Shown: positions 1 through 12,442, numbered from the stretch's first letter. The stretch is DNA of 64,000 bases from Microcoleus sp. (GCA_042408215.1 JAYFMW010000006.1:800001-864000), one strand, 5' to 3'. Notes: generated from the sequence alone by a model not told the origin. Made by a program: numbers and translations.

Positions 1-447
1 TAATTCCCTGCTCCAAATTACTTCAATTTCACCTATTTTAGCTAAGTATATTTTTCGGTTTTCTCTTAGCTGAAATCCATTCTCAGTAAATCTTGCTGAT
101 TGCTTGGATCTACGTTTTTTAAATCTAGGCGACTTAACTTTTTTCCCCTTCCGTTTACCTTTACAAGAATTAAAGAAATTAGAATAAGCTCGATCTAAAT
201 GTTTTAAACTCTGTTGCAAAGGTACACTAGAAACCTCTCCTAACCATTCTTTTTCCTCAGTTTTCTTGGTTTGAGTAAGTATTCTACACAAATCACTATA
301 TGATGGTTTTTTCTCTCCTTTTATATACTGCTCTTGGCAAAAAGCTAGGGCATCGTTCCAAACTACACGACAACAACCAAACAATTTGGCTAATTGCCAT
401 TTTTGCTGGTTAGTTGGGTAGATTCGATAGCGATATCTTAATTTCAT
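1..447 (-). CDS. tnpB: RNA-guided endonuclease TnpB (N-terminal part, truncated by window edge)
   Basis: Manual translation MKLRYRYRIYPTNQQKWQLAKLFGCCRVVWNDALAF...SSVPLQQSLKHLDRAYSNFF...PRFKKR, a typical IS605 OrfB N-terminus; not in the ORF track. Confidence 0.9.
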   Translation of the reverse strand, partial: MKLRYRYRIYPTNQQKWQLAKLFGCCRVVWNDALAFCQEQYIKGEKKPSYSDLCRILTQTKKTEEKEWLGEVSSVPLQQSLKHLDRAYSNFFNSCKGKRKGKKVKSPRFKKRRSKQSARFTENGFQLRENRKIYLAKIGEIEVIWSREL

Positions 448-507
448 TGACTTAACTTGCCCTTTGAAATATACTCTAATTATAGAGTTAATCTTAGAAT
501 ATGTCAA
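447..507. promoter_or_regulatory. Overlapping face-to-face sigma70 promoters plus palindromic operator
   Basis: Minus: TTGACA(507-502)-17bp-TATAAT(484-479) toward tnpB. Plus: TTGACT(447-452)-17bp-TATACT(470-475) toward the RHH gene. Palindrome ACTCTA-ATTA-TAGAGT at 473-488. Confidence 0.75.
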
Positions 508-644
508 GAGAAAAAAAGATACAATTTAACGTGAACGAGATTGAATACCAAAGACTTAAAGAATACGCAGCAATTCTTAATGTTTCAATGGCTGAGGTCT
601 TGAGAGACTATATCAAGTCTTTAAACACCAAAAAGCCGTCCTAA
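501..644 (+). CDS. Small ribbon-helix-helix (CopG/Arc-like) DNA-binding protein, 47 aa
   Basis: MSREKKIQFNVNEIEYQRLKEYAAILNVSMAEVLRDYIKSLNTKKPS*: alternating beta strand (IQFNV), helix, S-x-A-E-V-L-R-D-Y-I second helix; below the ORF-track cutoff. Confidence 0.75.
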   Translation: MSREKKIQFNVNEIEYQRLKEYAAILNVSMAEVLRDYIKSLNTKKPS

Positions 645-706
645 AAGGACGGGGCTTTAAACCCAATTTTCTGGTAAAAAAATAGAGACAGGGAAGAAAC
701 AAAATA

Positions 707-730
707 GGGACTGGTTTTCAGGCCAGTCCC
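707..730 (-). terminator. Hairpin downstream of clpC, probable terminator
   Basis: GGGACTGG-N8-CCAGTCCC followed by T-rich sequence on the minus strand. Confidence 0.5.
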
Positions 731-801
731 ACAACATCTCGATCAGTTGTGGAGCAGGCCGGAAAGCCTGCTCTGAGCGTAGCCTAACTCACCACAGCTT
801 T

Positions 802-3267
802 TTAAAGGCTCAAAGCGAATTCAGGCAATTTTGGCTCCGACGAACCATCGGGTAACACCTTCACTACACCGTTTTCATCCACATCTACGATCGCACTTTG
901 ACCGTCTTTCAGCTTACCAGACAACATTTCCTCAGCCAGCACATCTTCCAACAACCGCATAATTGCCCGCCGTAAAGGCCTGGCACCGTAGCTAGGATTG
1001 TAGCCTTCTTTAACTAACAGTTCCTTGAACGCTTCTGTCACCGACAAAGTGATCCCCTGTTCCGTTAAGCGACTGAAAATTTCCTGCAACAAAATGTCAG
1101 CAATCTGCTTGATTTCTTCCTTATTCAACTGGCGGAAGACAATAATTTCATCCAGACGGTTGATAAATTCAGGACGGAAAAACTGTTTCAGTTCCTCGTT
1201 TACCAAACTCCGCACGCGGTTGTATTGAGAGTCTGCGGCACTTTCGGCAAACTCGAAACCGAGGCCGCCGCCGCCTTTTTCAATTACCCTCGAACCGATG
1301 TTTGAGGTCATAATTAACAGCGTATTCTTAAAGTCTACCGTCCGACCTTTAGCATCAGTCAAGCGGCCGTCTTCCAAAATTTGCAGCATCATGTTGAAGA
1401 CATCCGGGTGAGCTTTTTCGATTTCGTCGAACAAGACTACCGTGTAAGGACGACGACGGACTGCTTCTGTTAGTTGGCCGCCTTCATCGTAGCCGACGTA
1501 ACCCGGAGGCGAACCGATGAGTTTAGACACAGTGTGACGTTCCATGAATTCGGACATATCTAACCGAATCATGGCTTCTTCGGAGCCGAAGAAATAAGCC
1601 GCCAAGGCTTTTGTCAGTTCCGTTTTGCCGACGCCTGTGGGGCCGGAAAAGATGAAACTGGCGATCGGCCTGTTGGGATTTTTCAAGCCCACCCGCGCGC
1701 GACGAATGGCCCGAGAAACTGCGCTGACAGCTTCTTCTTGACCGATTAAGCGCTGGTGCAGCGTGTCTTCCATGTGCAGCAGCAATTCCGATTCCGATTC
1801 TGTCAGCTTGCTCACCGGTACACCAGTCCAATTTGCCACGATGTGGGCGATGTCTTCTTCGGTGACGATGGGAGAGGTTTTGATCTGGCTTTTGTTAATC
1901 GTAGCTGCTGCTATTTCCGCTTCAATTTCTAATTCGCGATCGCGCAATTTCCCAGCTTTCTCGAAGTCTTGCTCCCGAACCGCAGTATCTTTTTCTTTTG
2001 TTACTGCCGGCAGTTGCTTTTTGAGCTCTTTAACTTCTGGCGGAGTTTGCGAATTCAGCACGCGCACCCGGGAACCTGCTTCGTCAATTAAGTCGATCGC
2101 CTTATCGGGCAAAAATCGATCGTTAATATACCTGTCTGACAGTGTAGCCGCTGCTTCTAAAGCTGCATCGGAAATTGTCAGTCTATGGTGCTGTTCGTAG
2201 GCCGATCGCAAGCCGTACAATATTTCTATTGTTTCAGCCACACTCGGTTCTCCTACTTTCACCGGTTGGAAGCGCCGTTCTAAGGCAGCATCGCGCTCGA
2301 TGTATTTGCGGTATTCGTCTAGGGTAGTTGCTCCCACACACTGCAATTCACCTCTAGCCAGAGCCGGTTTGAGCATATTCGAGGCATCCATACTGCCTTG
2401 AATTGCCCCAGCGCCCACTAAGGTGTGAATCTCATCAATTACCAGAATGATGTTGCCGGCTGCGCGAATTTCCGCCACGATTTTCGTCAGGCGTTCCTCA
2501 AATTCACCACGGAATTTTGTACCTGCAATCAGCGAACCCATATCCAAGCTGATTACTTGTTTGTCTTCCAAAATTTCCGGGACATTTCTGTTCACAATCC
2601 GCTGGGCTAAACCTTCAGCCAGAGCAGTTTTGCCGACTCCCGGTTCGCCAACCAACACTGGATTATTCTTCGTGCGGCGGCCGAGCACTTGGATGACGCG
2701 CTCGATTTCATTTTCCCGGCCGACTACCGGATCGAGTTTACCTTCGGCGGCTAACTTCGTCAGATTTGTGCCGAACTCTTCTAAAGTCGGGGTTTTGCGA
2801 TCGGTACTTTGACGGCCTCCCGACACCGCCGCCACTTCTCCCACGGCACGAATTACCTGCGTGCGGACTCTGGAGCGATCGATTCCCAAGTTTTGCAACA
2901 CCTTCGCCGCCACCCCTTCAGCGTCCTGAATCAGCCCCAGCAGAATATGTTCGGTGCCGATGTAATTGTGGCCCAACTGCCGCGCTTCATTCAGCGCCGT
3001 CTCAAAAATCCGCTTAACGCGGGGCGTAAAAGGAATTTCCGGCGGTAGAAAACCCGATCCCCTACCGATAATATTTTCGATTTCATGCCGCGCCTCTTTC
3101 AAGTTGAGGCCCATTTCCAGTAAGACTTTTGCAGCGATGCCAGTGCCTTCGCCCACGAGTCCCAGGAGGATTTGCTCAGTGCCCACAAAATTGTGGCCGA
3201 GGCGACGCGCTTCCTCTTGGGCTAGCATTATTGCTTTAATGGCTTGTTCTGTAAAGCGTTCAAACAT
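802..3267 (-). CDS. clpC: ATP-dependent Clp protease ATP-binding subunit ClpC
   Basis: [26 protein letters not shown]lp-N repeats, two Walker A motifs ([16 protein letters not shown]), UVR coiled coil. Confidence 0.95.
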   Translation of the reverse strand: MFERFTEQAIKAIMLAQEEARRLGHNFVGTEQILLGLVGEGTGIAAKVLLEMGLNLKEARHEIENIIGRGSGFLPPEIPFTPRVKRIFETALNEARQLGHNYIGTEHILLGLIQDAEGVAAKVLQNLGIDRSRVRTQVIRAVGEVAAVSGGRQSTDRKTPTLEEFGTNLTKLAAEGKLDPVVGRENEIERVIQVLGRRTKNNPVLVGEPGVGKTALAEGLAQRIVNRNVPEILEDKQVISLDMGSLIAGTKFRGEFEERLTKIVAEIRAAGNIILVIDEIHTLVGAGAIQGSMDASNMLKPALARGELQCVGATTLDEYRKYIERDAALERRFQPVKVGEPSVAETIEILYGLRSAYEQHHRLTISDAALEAAATLSDRYINDRFLPDKAIDLIDEAGSRVRVLNSQTPPEVKELKKQLPAVTKEKDTAVREQDFEKAGKLRDRELEIEAEIAAATINKSQIKTSPIVTEEDIAHIVANWTGVPVSKLTESESELLLHMEDTLHQRLIGQEEAVSAVSRAIRRARVGLKNPNRPIASFIFSGPTGVGKTELTKALAAYFFGSEEAMIRLDMSEFMERHTVSKLIGSPPGYVGYDEGGQLTEAVRRRPYTVVLFDEIEKAHPDVFNMMLQILEDGRLTDAKGRTVDFKNTLLIMTSNIGSRVIEKGGGGLGFEFAESAADSQYNRVRSLVNEELKQFFRPEFINRLDEIIVFRQLNKEEIKQIADILLQEIFSRLTEQGITLSVTEAFKELLVKEGYNPSYGARPLRRAIMRLLEDVLAEEMLSGKLKDGQSAIVDVDENGVVKVLPDGSSEPKLPEFALSL

Positions 3268-3718
3268 ATTTTTTTCCCATCCTACTGACTTGGCGAGGGC
3301 TGTATCGCTGCTGGTGAGGAGCGATTTGGAACATTACACAAATTATATCTGTAAATTTTTGTGTATTTCCTTCAATATAATCTATCGCTGCTGAGGATGT
3401 GCCGACAGTGAGGAGAGCCGAATAGTAGGGGTGTGGTTGCCGTCCGCTCTCGATCGGATATTAATTGAGAATAATAGTAGCAAAGTGGCTTGATTCCATC
3501 AATACTATCATTTTATCTATAAATAGATTCTTGTACGAGTAAATAAAGCCTGATTTTTGTTTACCTAAGTACATGGTTTAATTAAGCATATAACGGTTGC
3601 CCTGTCAAGACTTTTGACGGTTGACGGTGGTCGTGCCGTTAGCCAACAGTCAACAGCCAACAGTCAACAGCCAACAGCGACTCGAATCAGATATTTGTTC
3701 AACTCAGAGGATCGCTCC

Positions 3719-6700
3719 ATGCAATTTCGATCGCAATACCAAATCCACTCCACTCTCCACGAAGGTATCGAAACGATTATTTACCTAGGAAAAATCCCGA
3801 CCCAGCAGCCAACAACCGTACTCAAAATCCTGAAAGCTGAATATCCCACCCTCGATGCAATTACCCGCATCAAGCACGAGTACCGCATTCGGGAAAACTT
3901 AGACGCTCCTGGTCTCGTTAAAGTCCTTAGCCTCAAAACCTACAACAACCGTCTGGGGTTGCTTTTAGAAGACTTTGGTGGCGAATCAGTCGATCGACTG
4001 ATGTCCAGACAAAAGATCGAAATCATTACTTGTTTGAACATTGCGATCGCCATAACAAAAAGCTTAGAATATCTGCATATTCAAAATATTATTCATAAAG
4101 ATATTAAACCCAGCAACATTATTATCAACACCCAAACAGGAATTATTAAACTGACAGATTTTGGCATTGCTTCGCGATTGTCTAAAGAAAATCCCCAAAT
4201 CAATAATTTCAACTCGATCACCGGTACTTTTGCTTATATGTCTCCCGAACAAACCGGGAGAATGAACCGCACCCTCGACTACCGCACCGACTTCTATTCT
4301 CTCGGAGTTACCCTCTATGAAATGCTGACAGGTCAATTACCATTTCCCAGCAACGACCCCTTAGAAATAGTTTACAGTCACATAGCCTCTCAAGCAATTT
4401 TACCCCATCAGTTAAATCCAGAAATTCCACCAGCCATCTCACAAATTGTCATGAAATTGATGGCAAAAAATGCCGAAGATAGATATCAAAGCGCCCCCGG
4501 ATTATTGGCAGATTTAGAAAATTGCTTAAATCCATTAAAAACTACAGGCGAAATTGCTAATTTTACGCCCGGACACTTAGATATATTAAGTCAGTTATTG
4601 CTCCCCCAAAAATTGTACGGACGGGAAAAACAAGTCAGCGAATTACTAGCAGCATTTGAACGTGTAGCTAATCCCTGCGATGAAAATTCTTTCGTTCCCC
4701 AAATCGAACTGATGCTAGTATCTGGTTATTCAGGTATAGGCAAATCGGCCGTAGTCAACGAAATTCACAAACCCATCACCCGACAACGGGGCTATTTTAT
4801 TTCAGGTAAATTTGACCAATTCAAGCGGAATATACCTTACGCATCTTTAATTCAAGCTTTTCAATCTTTGATTCAGCAGTTACTTACAGAAACTAGCAAA
4901 AATTTACAAAAATGGAAAGATCAACTTTTAGCTGCACTAGGCAATTCGGGACAAGTAATTATTGACGTGATTCCTGAAGTAGAATTGCTGATTGGCCAAC
5001 AGCCTGCCGTCGCTGAAATTGCCCCAAAAGAAGCACAAAACCGCTTTAACAGGCTCTTCAAAGAGTTGATTCATGTATTCGCGCAACAAGAGCATCCATT
5101 AGTCATATTTCTCGATGACTTGCAGTGGGCTGATTCAGCGACATTGAAATTAATTGAATTGCTGGCAACCGACCCTGAAACTAAATATTTGTTATTGATT
5201 GGAGCCTATCGGGATAATGAAGTTAGCTCGACACATCCTTTGATTCAAACAGTAAAACATATTCAGCAACATGGAACGATCGTAAATAATGTAGTGTTGC
5301 AACCACTAGATTTAGCAGAGGTAACAAACTTCATATCTGACACATTAAATAACTCAGCATTAGTTCAAAGTTTAGCGGAGTTGCTCTGGAATAAAACAGG
5401 TGGAAATCCATTCTTTTTGACGCAATTGATCGAATCTATTTATCAAGAAAATCTCTTAAAATTTGACTTCTTTAGTGCTTCATGGCAGTGGAATATAGCA
5501 GAAATTCAAGCTATTGGGATTACAGATAAAAGTGTAGTAGAACTGTTGGCAAATCGCATTCAAAAAATGCCAGAAGTAACACAAAAAGTCTTGCAATTGG
5601 CTGCTTGTGTCGGGGACAAATTCACTCTAAATGTTCTCTCTACAGTCAATGAAAAGTCTCCCTCAGTCACCGCGACGGAACTCTGGGATGCTTTGCAAGC
5701 GGGGTTGATACTTCCTTTGAACGAAAGTTACCTTATTCCTTTACTTTTCGATGGAGAAGAAGCAGTTAATTTAACTTTCGATACTTCACGAGTAGGCTAT
5801 AAATTTTTGCACGATCGTGTCCAGCAAGCAGCTTATTCTCTGATTCCCGACAGTCACAAAAAAGCCACCCATCTCAGCATCGGTAAATTGCTCTTGGAAA
5901 GTACGCCCAAGGATAAATTAGAGGAAAATATTTTTGATATTGTTAATCAGTTGAATGTGGGGATTGACAAGATTGATATTCAAGTTAAAAAAGATGATCT
6001 GGCAGAATTAAATCTGATTGCTGGGCGTAAGGCAAAAGCTGCTAATGCTTACGAAGCTGCTGTCAAATATTTGAAGGCGGGAATGTCGTTATTAGCATCT
6101 GATAGTTGGGTTAGTAATTATGACTTGACACTCCAATTATATGTAGAAATGGCAGAAGCAGAATGTTTTAATACTAATTTTGAGCGAGCAGAAGCTTTGG
6201 CTGAAGTAGTTTTAAGTTTCGCAAAAAACCAGCTCGATCGAATGAAAGTATATCAGCTACAAATACAGATTTTTCAAGCTCAAAGCCAGATGCTTAAAGC
6301 TGTTGAAACTGGTGTAGAAGTCCTGAAAAGTCTAGGAGTAAGCTTGTTAGACGAAAACCTGGCACTGCCTAAATTGCCGAGGCTTAATGATTTAGAAAAC
6401 CTGCCAGTTATGAAAGATCCCTATCAACTGGCAGCTTTGCAAATACTGATAGCTATCTATCCTCCTGCTTATATTGCGAAACCAGAAATTGTGTCGCCGA
6501 TCGTCTTGACAATGGTCAATCTTTGTCTTAAAAACGGTCATTCAGCATTAGCCGCTTTTCCCTATACTCTTTATGGCATGATGTTGTGTGGAGTCAAAGG
6601 TGATATGGCATCTGGATATCATTCTGGAATCATTGCCTTAAAACTGTTGGAACAATTCAATGCAAGCCAACAAAAAGCCAAAGTTTATGTAATGTTTAAT

Positions 6701-9040
6701 GGTCACATAAAAATTTGGAAGGAGCCTGCTAAAAATACACTTGCTTCATTTTTAGAAGCCCTGAAATTTGGTGTACAAATAGGCGATATCGAATGGGCTA
6801 TTTATAGTGCTAAGCACTATATTGCCAATCTATCTTTTGTGGGAGAGAGTCTAGAATATGTCGAACAGCAACAAGCCATATATATGCAATTTTTGCTAAA
6901 AAATAAACACGATTTTGCCATAGGTTATGCTAAAATTTGGCAAGTAATGGCTTCAAGCTTAAGAAGCAAAACAGCAGAGCAACTACGGTTAGTTAGCGGC
7001 GGGTTGGATGAAGCTGCTGTGATGTCGCGTTGGCAGAAAGAAAATAATCGAATGTCGCTGTTTGCTGCTTATGTAGCTAAATTGATGATCCTTTACTTGT
7101 TTAAAGATTATGCTCCGGCTGTTGCCAGCGCTAAGTTAGCAGTAGAATATGCAGATGGGGCGATCGGCTTGATAACTGTTGGGGTACACAATTTCTACTA
7201 TTCGCTGGCTCTCCTCGCTCAGTACCCCCAGACAGACCAGACAGAATCTTTAGCTATTGTTGAATCCAATCAGGCAAAAATGAAGCTGTGGGCAGATCAT
7301 GCACCCATGAATTATCAGCACAAGTACGAGTTAGTCGAAGCTGAAAAAGCGCGAGTATTAGGCAACAAGCTAGAAGCAATGGATTATTATGACTTAGCTA
7401 TTAAAGGAGCGGCTGCTAACGATTACATCCAAGAAGAAGCATTAGCTTGCGAATTAGCTGGAGACTTTTATCAATCTTTGGATAAAGAAATAATTGCTAG
7501 AGCTTATCTGGATAAAGCTTATTATGCCTACATACACTGGGGAGCTATAGCCAAAGTTAAAGACTTAGAATCTCGCTATGATTATTTAGTCGATCGCAGG
7601 CGAGAAACCATGTCTAAAAATGTCACAGATGCCACTGTTATAACCACTACTAACAATAGTTATTTTCTTGATATATCAACAGTTGTCAAAGCATCTCAAG
7701 CTCTTTCCGGTGAAGTTGTTCTCAGTCGTTTGTTAGAAAAACTCCTATACATTGTTAGGGAAAATGCCGGGGCTCAGAAAATACTATTTCTTGCCAATAC
7801 AGGTCATCAATTAGCAATAGAAGCTGTACTTGTCGGTGACAAAAATGATGTTACTGTGTTGCAATCTCTGCCAATTGCCGAAGGCGGAATGTTGCCAGTT
7901 TCCTTGATTAACTATGTCGAAAGAACTCGATTTCCCTTAGTTTTAGACGATGCTAGCCTCGCCGAACAATTCAAATTTGACCCTTATATTACGCTCAATC
8001 AACCCCTATCTATCCTGGTATTGCCAATTATTCATCAAGGCAATCTTAAGGGAATATTTTATTTAGAAAATAATCTGACAAAAGGTGCTTTTACTAAGGA
8101 AAGGTTAGAAGTTTTGAAAATGCTGTCTGCACAAGCAGCTATCTCTCTAGAAAATGCCAGTTTTTATACTGTTCTGGAAACGCGAGTAGCAGAAAGAACT
8201 CAGGAATTACAAGCCACTTTATCCGAGCTACGTCGCACTCAAGTGCAGTTAATTCAAAGTGAAAAAATGTCTAGTCTAGGGCAATTAGTAGGGGGAATTG
8301 CTCACGAAATTAATAACCCGATTAATTTTATTTATGGAAATTTACATTACAGCGATCGATATGCTAAAGATTTGGTTGATTTATTGCTTCTCTACCAGAA
8401 ATATTACCCAAATACGGTGCAGGAAATAGTAGAGAAAAGTGAGGAAATAGAGTTAGAATTTTTGATAGAAGATTTTTATAAAATGATTGATTCAATGAAA
8501 GTTGGTGCGGCGAGAGTTCGCGACATTGTGCTGTCGCTGCGAAATTTTTCCCGACTTGATGAATCAGATAAAAAACGGGTTAATATCCACGAAGGTATCG
8601 ACAGCACGTTGATGATTTTGCAGAAAAAATTAAGTGCAATTACAGTGATTAAGGAGTACGCAAACTTGCCTTTTGTGAACTGCTATGCGGGAGAAATTAA
8701 TCAGGTATTTATGAATTTACTCCTGAATGCTATTGATGCTTTGTCTCACGGAATTGGGAACAAAGTTGACCCGACACAGCATCCGACAATTTGGATTTGT
8801 ACTGAAGTCGCGGCAGGAAATCAAGTGGCGATTCGGATTGCTGATAATGGTGTGGGGATGAGTTCGGAGGTGCTGGGTAAAATATTCGATCCGTTTTTTA
8901 CTACTAAACCGGTAGGTAAGGGGACTGGTTTGGGATTGTCTATCAGTTATCAAATTGTGGTTGAACAGCATGGAGGAAAGTTAATTTGCAAGTCGGAACC
9001 CGGAGAGGGAACCGAGTTTAAGATTATGCTTTTCTACTGA
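3719..9040 (+). CDS. Hybrid Ser/Thr kinase - AAA ATPase - GAF - histidine kinase
   Basis: HKDIKPSN and DFG kinase motifs, GYSGIGKS P-loop, GAF, AHEINNP H-box, [21 protein letters not shown] 3719 preferred because the upstream extension is heptamer repeat. Confidence 0.92.
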   Translation: MQFRSQYQIHSTLHEGIETIIYLGKIPTQQPTTVLKILKAEYPTLDAITRIKHEYRIRENLDAPGLVKVLSLKTYNNRLGLLLEDFGGESVDRLMSRQKIEIITCLNIAIAITKSLEYLHIQNIIHKDIKPSNIIINTQTGIIKLTDFGIASRLSKENPQINNFNSITGTFAYMSPEQTGRMNRTLDYRTDFYSLGVTLYEMLTGQLPFPSNDPLEIVYSHIASQAILPHQLNPEIPPAISQIVMKLMAKNAEDRYQSAPGLLADLENCLNPLKTTGEIANFTPGHLDILSQLLLPQKLYGREKQVSELLAAFERVANPCDENSFVPQIELMLVSGYSGIGKSAVVNEIHKPITRQRGYFISGKFDQFKRNIPYASLIQAFQSLIQQLLTETSKNLQKWKDQLLAALGNSGQVIIDVIPEVELLIGQQPAVAEIAPKEAQNRFNRLFKELIHVFAQQEHPLVIFLDDLQWADSATLKLIELLATDPETKYLLLIGAYRDNEVSSTHPLIQTVKHIQQHGTIVNNVVLQPLDLAEVTNFISDTLNNSALVQSLAELLWNKTGGNPFFLTQLIESIYQENLLKFDFFSASWQWNIAEIQAIGITDKSVVELLANRIQKMPEVTQKVLQLAACVGDKFTLNVLSTVNEKSPSVTATELWDALQAGLILPLNESYLIPLLFDGEEAVNLTFDTSRVGYKFLHDRVQQAAYSLIPDSHKKATHLSIGKLLLESTPKDKLEENIFDIVNQLNVGIDKIDIQVKKDDLAELNLIAGRKAKAANAYEAAVKYLKAGMSLLASDSWVSNYDLTLQLYVEMAEAECFNTNFERAEALAEVVLSFAKNQLDRMKVYQLQIQIFQAQSQMLKAVETGVEVLKSLGVSLLDENLALPKLPRLNDLENLPVMKDPYQLAALQILIAIYPPAYIAKPEIVSPIVLTMVNLCLKNGHSALAAFPYTLYGMMLCGVKGDMASGYHSGIIALKLLEQFNASQQKAKVYVMFNGHIKIWKEPAKNTLASFLEALKFGVQIGDIEWAIYSAKHYIANLSFVGESLEYVEQQQAIYMQFLLKNKHDFAIGYAKIWQVMASSLRSKTAEQLRLVSGGLDEAAVMSRWQKENNRMSLFAAYVAKLMILYLFKDYAPAVASAKLAVEYADGAIGLITVGVHNFYYSLALLAQYPQTDQTESLAIVESNQAKMKLWADHAPMNYQHKYELVEAEKARVLGNKLEAMDYYDLAIKGAAANDYIQEEALACELAGDFYQSLDKEIIARAYLDKAYYAYIHWGAIAKVKDLESRYDYLVDRRRETMSKNVTDATVITTTNNSYFLDISTVVKASQALSGEVVLSRLLEKLLYIVRENAGAQKILFLANTGHQLAIEAVLVGDKNDVTVLQSLPIAEGGMLPVSLINYVERTRFPLVLDDASLAEQFKFDPYITLNQPLSILVLPIIHQGNLKGIFYLENNLTKGAFTKERLEVLKMLSAQAAISLENASFYTVLETRVAERTQELQATLSELRRTQVQLIQSEKMSSLGQLVGGIAHEINNPINFIYGNLHYSDRYAKDLVDLLLLYQKYYPNTVQEIVEKSEEIELEFLIEDFYKMIDSMKVGAARVRDIVLSLRNFSRLDESDKKRVNIHEGIDSTLMILQKKLSAITVIKEYANLPFVNCYAGEINQVFMNLLLNAIDALSHGIGNKVDPTQHPTIWICTEVAAGNQVAIRIADNGVGMSSEVLGKIFDPFFTTKPVGKGTGLGLSISYQIVVEQHGGKLICKSEPGEGTEFKIMLFY

Positions 9041-9208
9041 TTTAATTTTTCTTAAATTTCGGAACAGAAGAGCAGATATTGATTCCGGTTGCACTCAGAG
9101 ATGATTGTTGATTGTTGACGGTTGACAGCAAGTCTAAAAAATGAAAATTTCTAGATGTTTAGTGGTAACATAACTCGAATTGGTAATTCCGATGCTAGCG
9201 GATTTGAT

Positions 9209-9574
9209 ATGACAGGTGGTATTCTTGAGCAGGGAGTTGCTTTGATAGCACCGGGAGATGATCGTAGGGTGTTAGAAAAACACGGTTTTGGAGTGCAAAT
9301 TCGCACTAATCAACAGCCGCCAGAAAATTATTGTCGCCCTGCGGTTGATGTGTTGTTTCGATCGACTGCTAAGATTTACCGTGGGGGCGTTTTAGCTTTA
9401 GTGCTGACGGGGATGAACAAGATGGACTTCACGGCTGCGAGGGTATTCGGGAAGCTGGAGGCCAAATTCTAGTTCAGGATGAGGCTACTAGCGTGGTTTG
9501 GGGTATGCTGGGAAGTGTGGCTAATTCTGGGAAGGGCCGATCGAGTGGTATCCTTGGAAGCAATGGCAGGCTAA
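9209..9574 (+). pseudogene. cheB: Fragment of CheB methylesterase C-terminus, frameshifted
   Basis: PENYCRPAVDVLFRS..VLTGM, then in another frame [29 protein letters not shown]; 5' part missing, with a MITE-like repeat (about 9077-9210) in its place. Confidence 0.75.
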
Positions 9575-9725
9575 ATTATCGATCGAGTCAGGCGATTTTA
9601 GATTTTAGATTTTAGATTTTAGATTTTTTTATTTGTTGTTTGTCATTTGTGAGGGGCTACCAATTCCCGATGCCCGATGCCCAATTGCCAATTACCAATG
9701 CCCAATTCCCAATTCCCAATTACCA

Positions 9726-10823
9726 ATGTCTAGACCAACATTATACATCGCTATTACCAATCACGGATTCGGCCACGCTGTTCGCGTTTCATCAGTAGCA
9801 GCAAAAATTCAAGAATTAAATCCAGATATTTTATTGATTATAGCGACAACTGCGCCCCGCTGGTTGTTAGAATCATACATTGGCGGCGATTTTATCCTCC
9901 GCCCGCGCGGTTTTGATGTGGGAGTCGTGCAATCTGATAGTTTGAATATGGATTTAGACTTGACACTGGAAAAATTGCGGGAAATTCGGAAAAAGCAAAA
10001 TTCCCTAATTGCTAGCGAAGTTAATTTTATTAAACAAAATCGGGTGGGTTTGGTACTGGCAGATATTCCCCCTTTGATGACAAGGATTGCTAAGGCTGCT
10101 GGCGTTCCTTGCTGGATGATGAGTAACTTTGGCTGGGATTTTATTTATCGAGATTGGGGCGGGGAATTTGGAGAAATAGTGGATTGGATTGGTGAGTGTT
10201 TCGGAATGTGCGATCGGCTTTTTCGTCTCCCTTTGCACGAATCGATGTCGTTTTTCCCAAATATTGAAGATGTTGGCTTAACTGGTGGCAATCCTCGGTA
10301 TAGTAACGATAAAATTAGGGACTTATTCAGAATCGAAACACCGCCAGAAAAAACTGTATTGTTGACTTTTGGTGGACTGGGTTTGGAGGACATTCCTTAT
10401 CACAATTTACAAAAATTTAGCGATCGCCAATTTATTACTTTTGATGCCGCGGCTCCTGATTTGCCAAATTTGATTAGAGTCAAGAGTCAGGAGTTCGCAA
10501 AGTCTTTCCCAATTTTACCGCGTCCTGTTGATGTGATGCCTGTCTGCGGGCGGTTGATTTCCAAACCGGGATACAGCACTTTTTCCGAAGCTTTGCGTTT
10601 GTCCATACCTGTTGTTTCTATTATGAGAGAAGGTTTTGCAGAAGCTCAGGTGTTGCTCGAAGGGATTCAAAATTATGCAGAACATCAAATTGTGACGGAT
10701 GGGGAGTTTTTTGAGGGGGATTGGGAGTTTTTGCGAAAACCGATGAATCCGCCGCGGTTGTCGGAAAAATTGGATAGAAATGGTACGGAGGCGATCGCCC
10801 AAGCTGTTGTTGACTATTTTTAA
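9726..10823 (+). CDS. Glycosyltransferase (GT-B fold)
   Basis: ITNHGFGHA, SNFGWDFIY, SKPGYSTFSEA motifs; start at ATG 9726 after heptamer repeats. Confidence 0.8.
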   Translation: MSRPTLYIAITNHGFGHAVRVSSVAAKIQELNPDILLIIATTAPRWLLESYIGGDFILRPRGFDVGVVQSDSLNMDLDLTLEKLREIRKKQNSLIASEVNFIKQNRVGLVLADIPPLMTRIAKAAGVPCWMMSNFGWDFIYRDWGGEFGEIVDWIGECFGMCDRLFRLPLHESMSFFPNIEDVGLTGGNPRYSNDKIRDLFRIETPPEKTVLLTFGGLGLEDIPYHNLQKFSDRQFITFDAAAPDLPNLIRVKSQEFAKSFPILPRPVDVMPVCGRLISKPGYSTFSEALRLSIPVVSIMREGFAEAQVLLEGIQNYAEHQIVTDGEFFEGDWEFLRKPMNPPRLSEKLDRNGTEAIAQAVVDYF

Positions 10824-10825
10824 TA

Positions 10826-11045
10826 TAGCAGAAGGAAGTTCGGCAACGGATTCGCTCCACGGATGTAACGGATGTAACGGATGTAACGGAGGTCAGTCAG
10901 AAGGAAGAAAGCCCTTCGACACTTCGGCTTACTTCGACACAACGACTGCGTTTACCCGATCGCGTAGCGGTGCCCGCTCGCGTAGTCGAAGGGTCGAAGG
11001 GCAGTGCGACGCTTCGCGATCGGGTACAAAGAAGTAAGATGTAAC
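10826..11045. repeat. Composite dispersed repeat / nested palindromes
   Basis: AGCAGAAGGAAGTTCGGCAACGGATT plus (ACGGATGTA)n; reverse-complement relatives at about 41308-41356 and 59505-59563. Confidence 0.65.
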
Positions 11046-11106
11046 AATAGGAGAAGATTTCTGCAATAGTCTCATTGAAAATCTAAAATCCAAAATCTAA
11101 AATCTC

Positions 11107-11523
11107 ATGACTCATTACCAACAGATATTCAAAATTAAAACTACAGGTAAGTCTCTGTGCAAAATTACCGATCAGGTAGAAAATGTGGTAGCCAATTCCG
11201 GTATTAAAATGGGACTTTGTACCTTATTTTTGCGCCATACTTCTGCTAGCTTGCTGATTCAAGAAAATGCTGACCCCGATGTACTTAAAGATTTAGCCAA
11301 CTTTTTAGCTAAACTGGTACCAGAGGGTGCAAGCTATATTCACGATGCGGAAGGCCCAGACGATATGCCGGCTCACATTCGCACTGCGTTGACTCATACT
11401 TCCGAACAAATTCCGATCGATCGCGGTAGGTTACTGTTAGGAACTTGGCAAGGAATTTACCTGTGGGAACACCGCCAGCGGGGATACATTCGCGAACTCG
11501 TAGTTCATATCAGCGGTAGTTGA
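11107..11523 (+). CDS. yjbQ: YjbQ/UPF0047 family protein
   Basis: HTSASLLIQENADPDV, HDAEGPDDMPAHIR, LLGTWQGIYLWEHR. Confidence 0.9.
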   Translation: MTHYQQIFKIKTTGKSLCKITDQVENVVANSGIKMGLCTLFLRHTSASLLIQENADPDVLKDLANFLAKLVPEGASYIHDAEGPDDMPAHIRTALTHTSEQIPIDRGRLLLGTWQGIYLWEHRQRGYIRELVVHISGS

Positions 11524-11526
11524 CAA

Positions 11527-11730
11527 AGGGCATGGGGCATGGGGCATGGGGCATGGGTAATTGGTAATTGGTAATTGGTAATTGGTAATTGGTAATTGGT
11601 AATTGGTAACTGCTCATTTGTTATTGGTATCCCCTTACAAATAACAAATAACAAATGACTACTGACTACTGACTACTGACTACTGACTACTGACTACTGA
11701 CTACTGACTACTGACTACTGACTACTGACT
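11527..11730. repeat. Heptamer STRR tracts (GGGCATG, GGTAATT, TGACTAC)
   Basis: Tandem 7-mers between convergent genes. Confidence 0.9.
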
Positions 11731-12255
11731 TCATTTATTAGAAAGATCGATCGGGATTTGCACCTCGCTGATTTTAATTGCTTCCGGCGTCATCGGCGAA
11801 TTATAAAAAAAACGGCGTGGCGGCCCGACTATGGCGTATTCGGGATGCTCTTTCAGCCAATCTTCGAGCTTCTGAAGGTTTTTTTCGTAGCTTTCCCAAG
11901 TGTACGCGCCCTGTATACCAATACTGACAACTGTCATGGGGGGAGTATCTGTGACCGTAACAGCCGAGTTAACGCTGCTGGGAGCGATATTTGGTGCGGG
12001 GTACAGAAAAGAAACTTCTACTTGGGGAACATCTATTTGCCCTGGAATGGCTGTGTAGCGCGCTTCTACGGGCGTTGTCATCGCAATTTGGTTGTTGCTG
12101 ATATGTTGAAATAGGGGATTGAAAGCAACCCCAGTTGCTTGTCGCACATCACCTGCGTGGCTGTAGGTGACAGCGCGGTACTGGGGATATTGCTTAACTT
12201 CTATAGTGCCAATCTCTGCGGGTTCAGGGAATCCACTGGGTAAATAAGCTGACAT
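11731..12255 (-). CDS. SOUL heme-binding family protein
   Basis: IEVKQYP, AFNPLFQHI, IAMTTPVE, FYNSPMTP...SEVQIP. Confidence 0.8.
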   Translation of the reverse strand: MSAYLPSGFPEPAEIGTIEVKQYPQYRAVTYSHAGDVRQATGVAFNPLFQHISNNQIAMTTPVEARYTAIPGQIDVPQVEVSFLYPAPNIAPSSVNSAVTVTDTPPMTVVSIGIQGAYTWESYEKNLQKLEDWLKEHPEYAIVGPPRRFFYNSPMTPEAIKISEVQIPIDLSNK

Positions 12256-12276
12256 TGTTTGTGGTTTAGCATCAAT

Positions 12277-12400
12277 AGGACTTACGCAACTGGCACAGGA
12301 TCATCGACTTGTAGGGTGCTCTACTACTTTGATTTTGAACGGATGATCGAGGGTTTGGGGATAGTAGACCACCTTACTAATTGTGACACTTGCGTCCAGG
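12277..12400. mobile_element. MITE-like element (AGGACTTACGCA end family), degenerate right end
   Basis: Left end AGGACTTACGCA, right end TGCGTCC; same end type as 42627-42734. Confidence 0.5.
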
Positions 12401-12442
12401 ACAGTCAATTATACCTTGCAGGTAGCCGATCGGCTAAACACT

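Larger units (their letters stand above)
1..673 (-). mobile_element. IS200/IS605-family element (left part; runs off the window), no tnpA at the left end
   Basis: Minus strand reads TTAC|CAGAAAATTGGGTTT-AAAG-CCCCGTCCTTTTAGGACGGCTTT: cleavage tetramer TTAC (674-677), guide AAAG and subterminal hairpin as in IS608-type left ends, followed by tnpB. Confidence 0.85.

Noticed and set aside
1025..3394. Antisense and alternate-frame ORFs over clpC (likewise over gltD, chlH and others)
   Set aside because: Shadow ORFs of well-supported genes, with no motifs
3614..3718. N-terminal extensions in the ORF track (kinase; also 9633, 46149, 54609, 58170)
   Set aside because: Derived from repeats or overlap with neighbouring genes; downstream ATGs fit the families better
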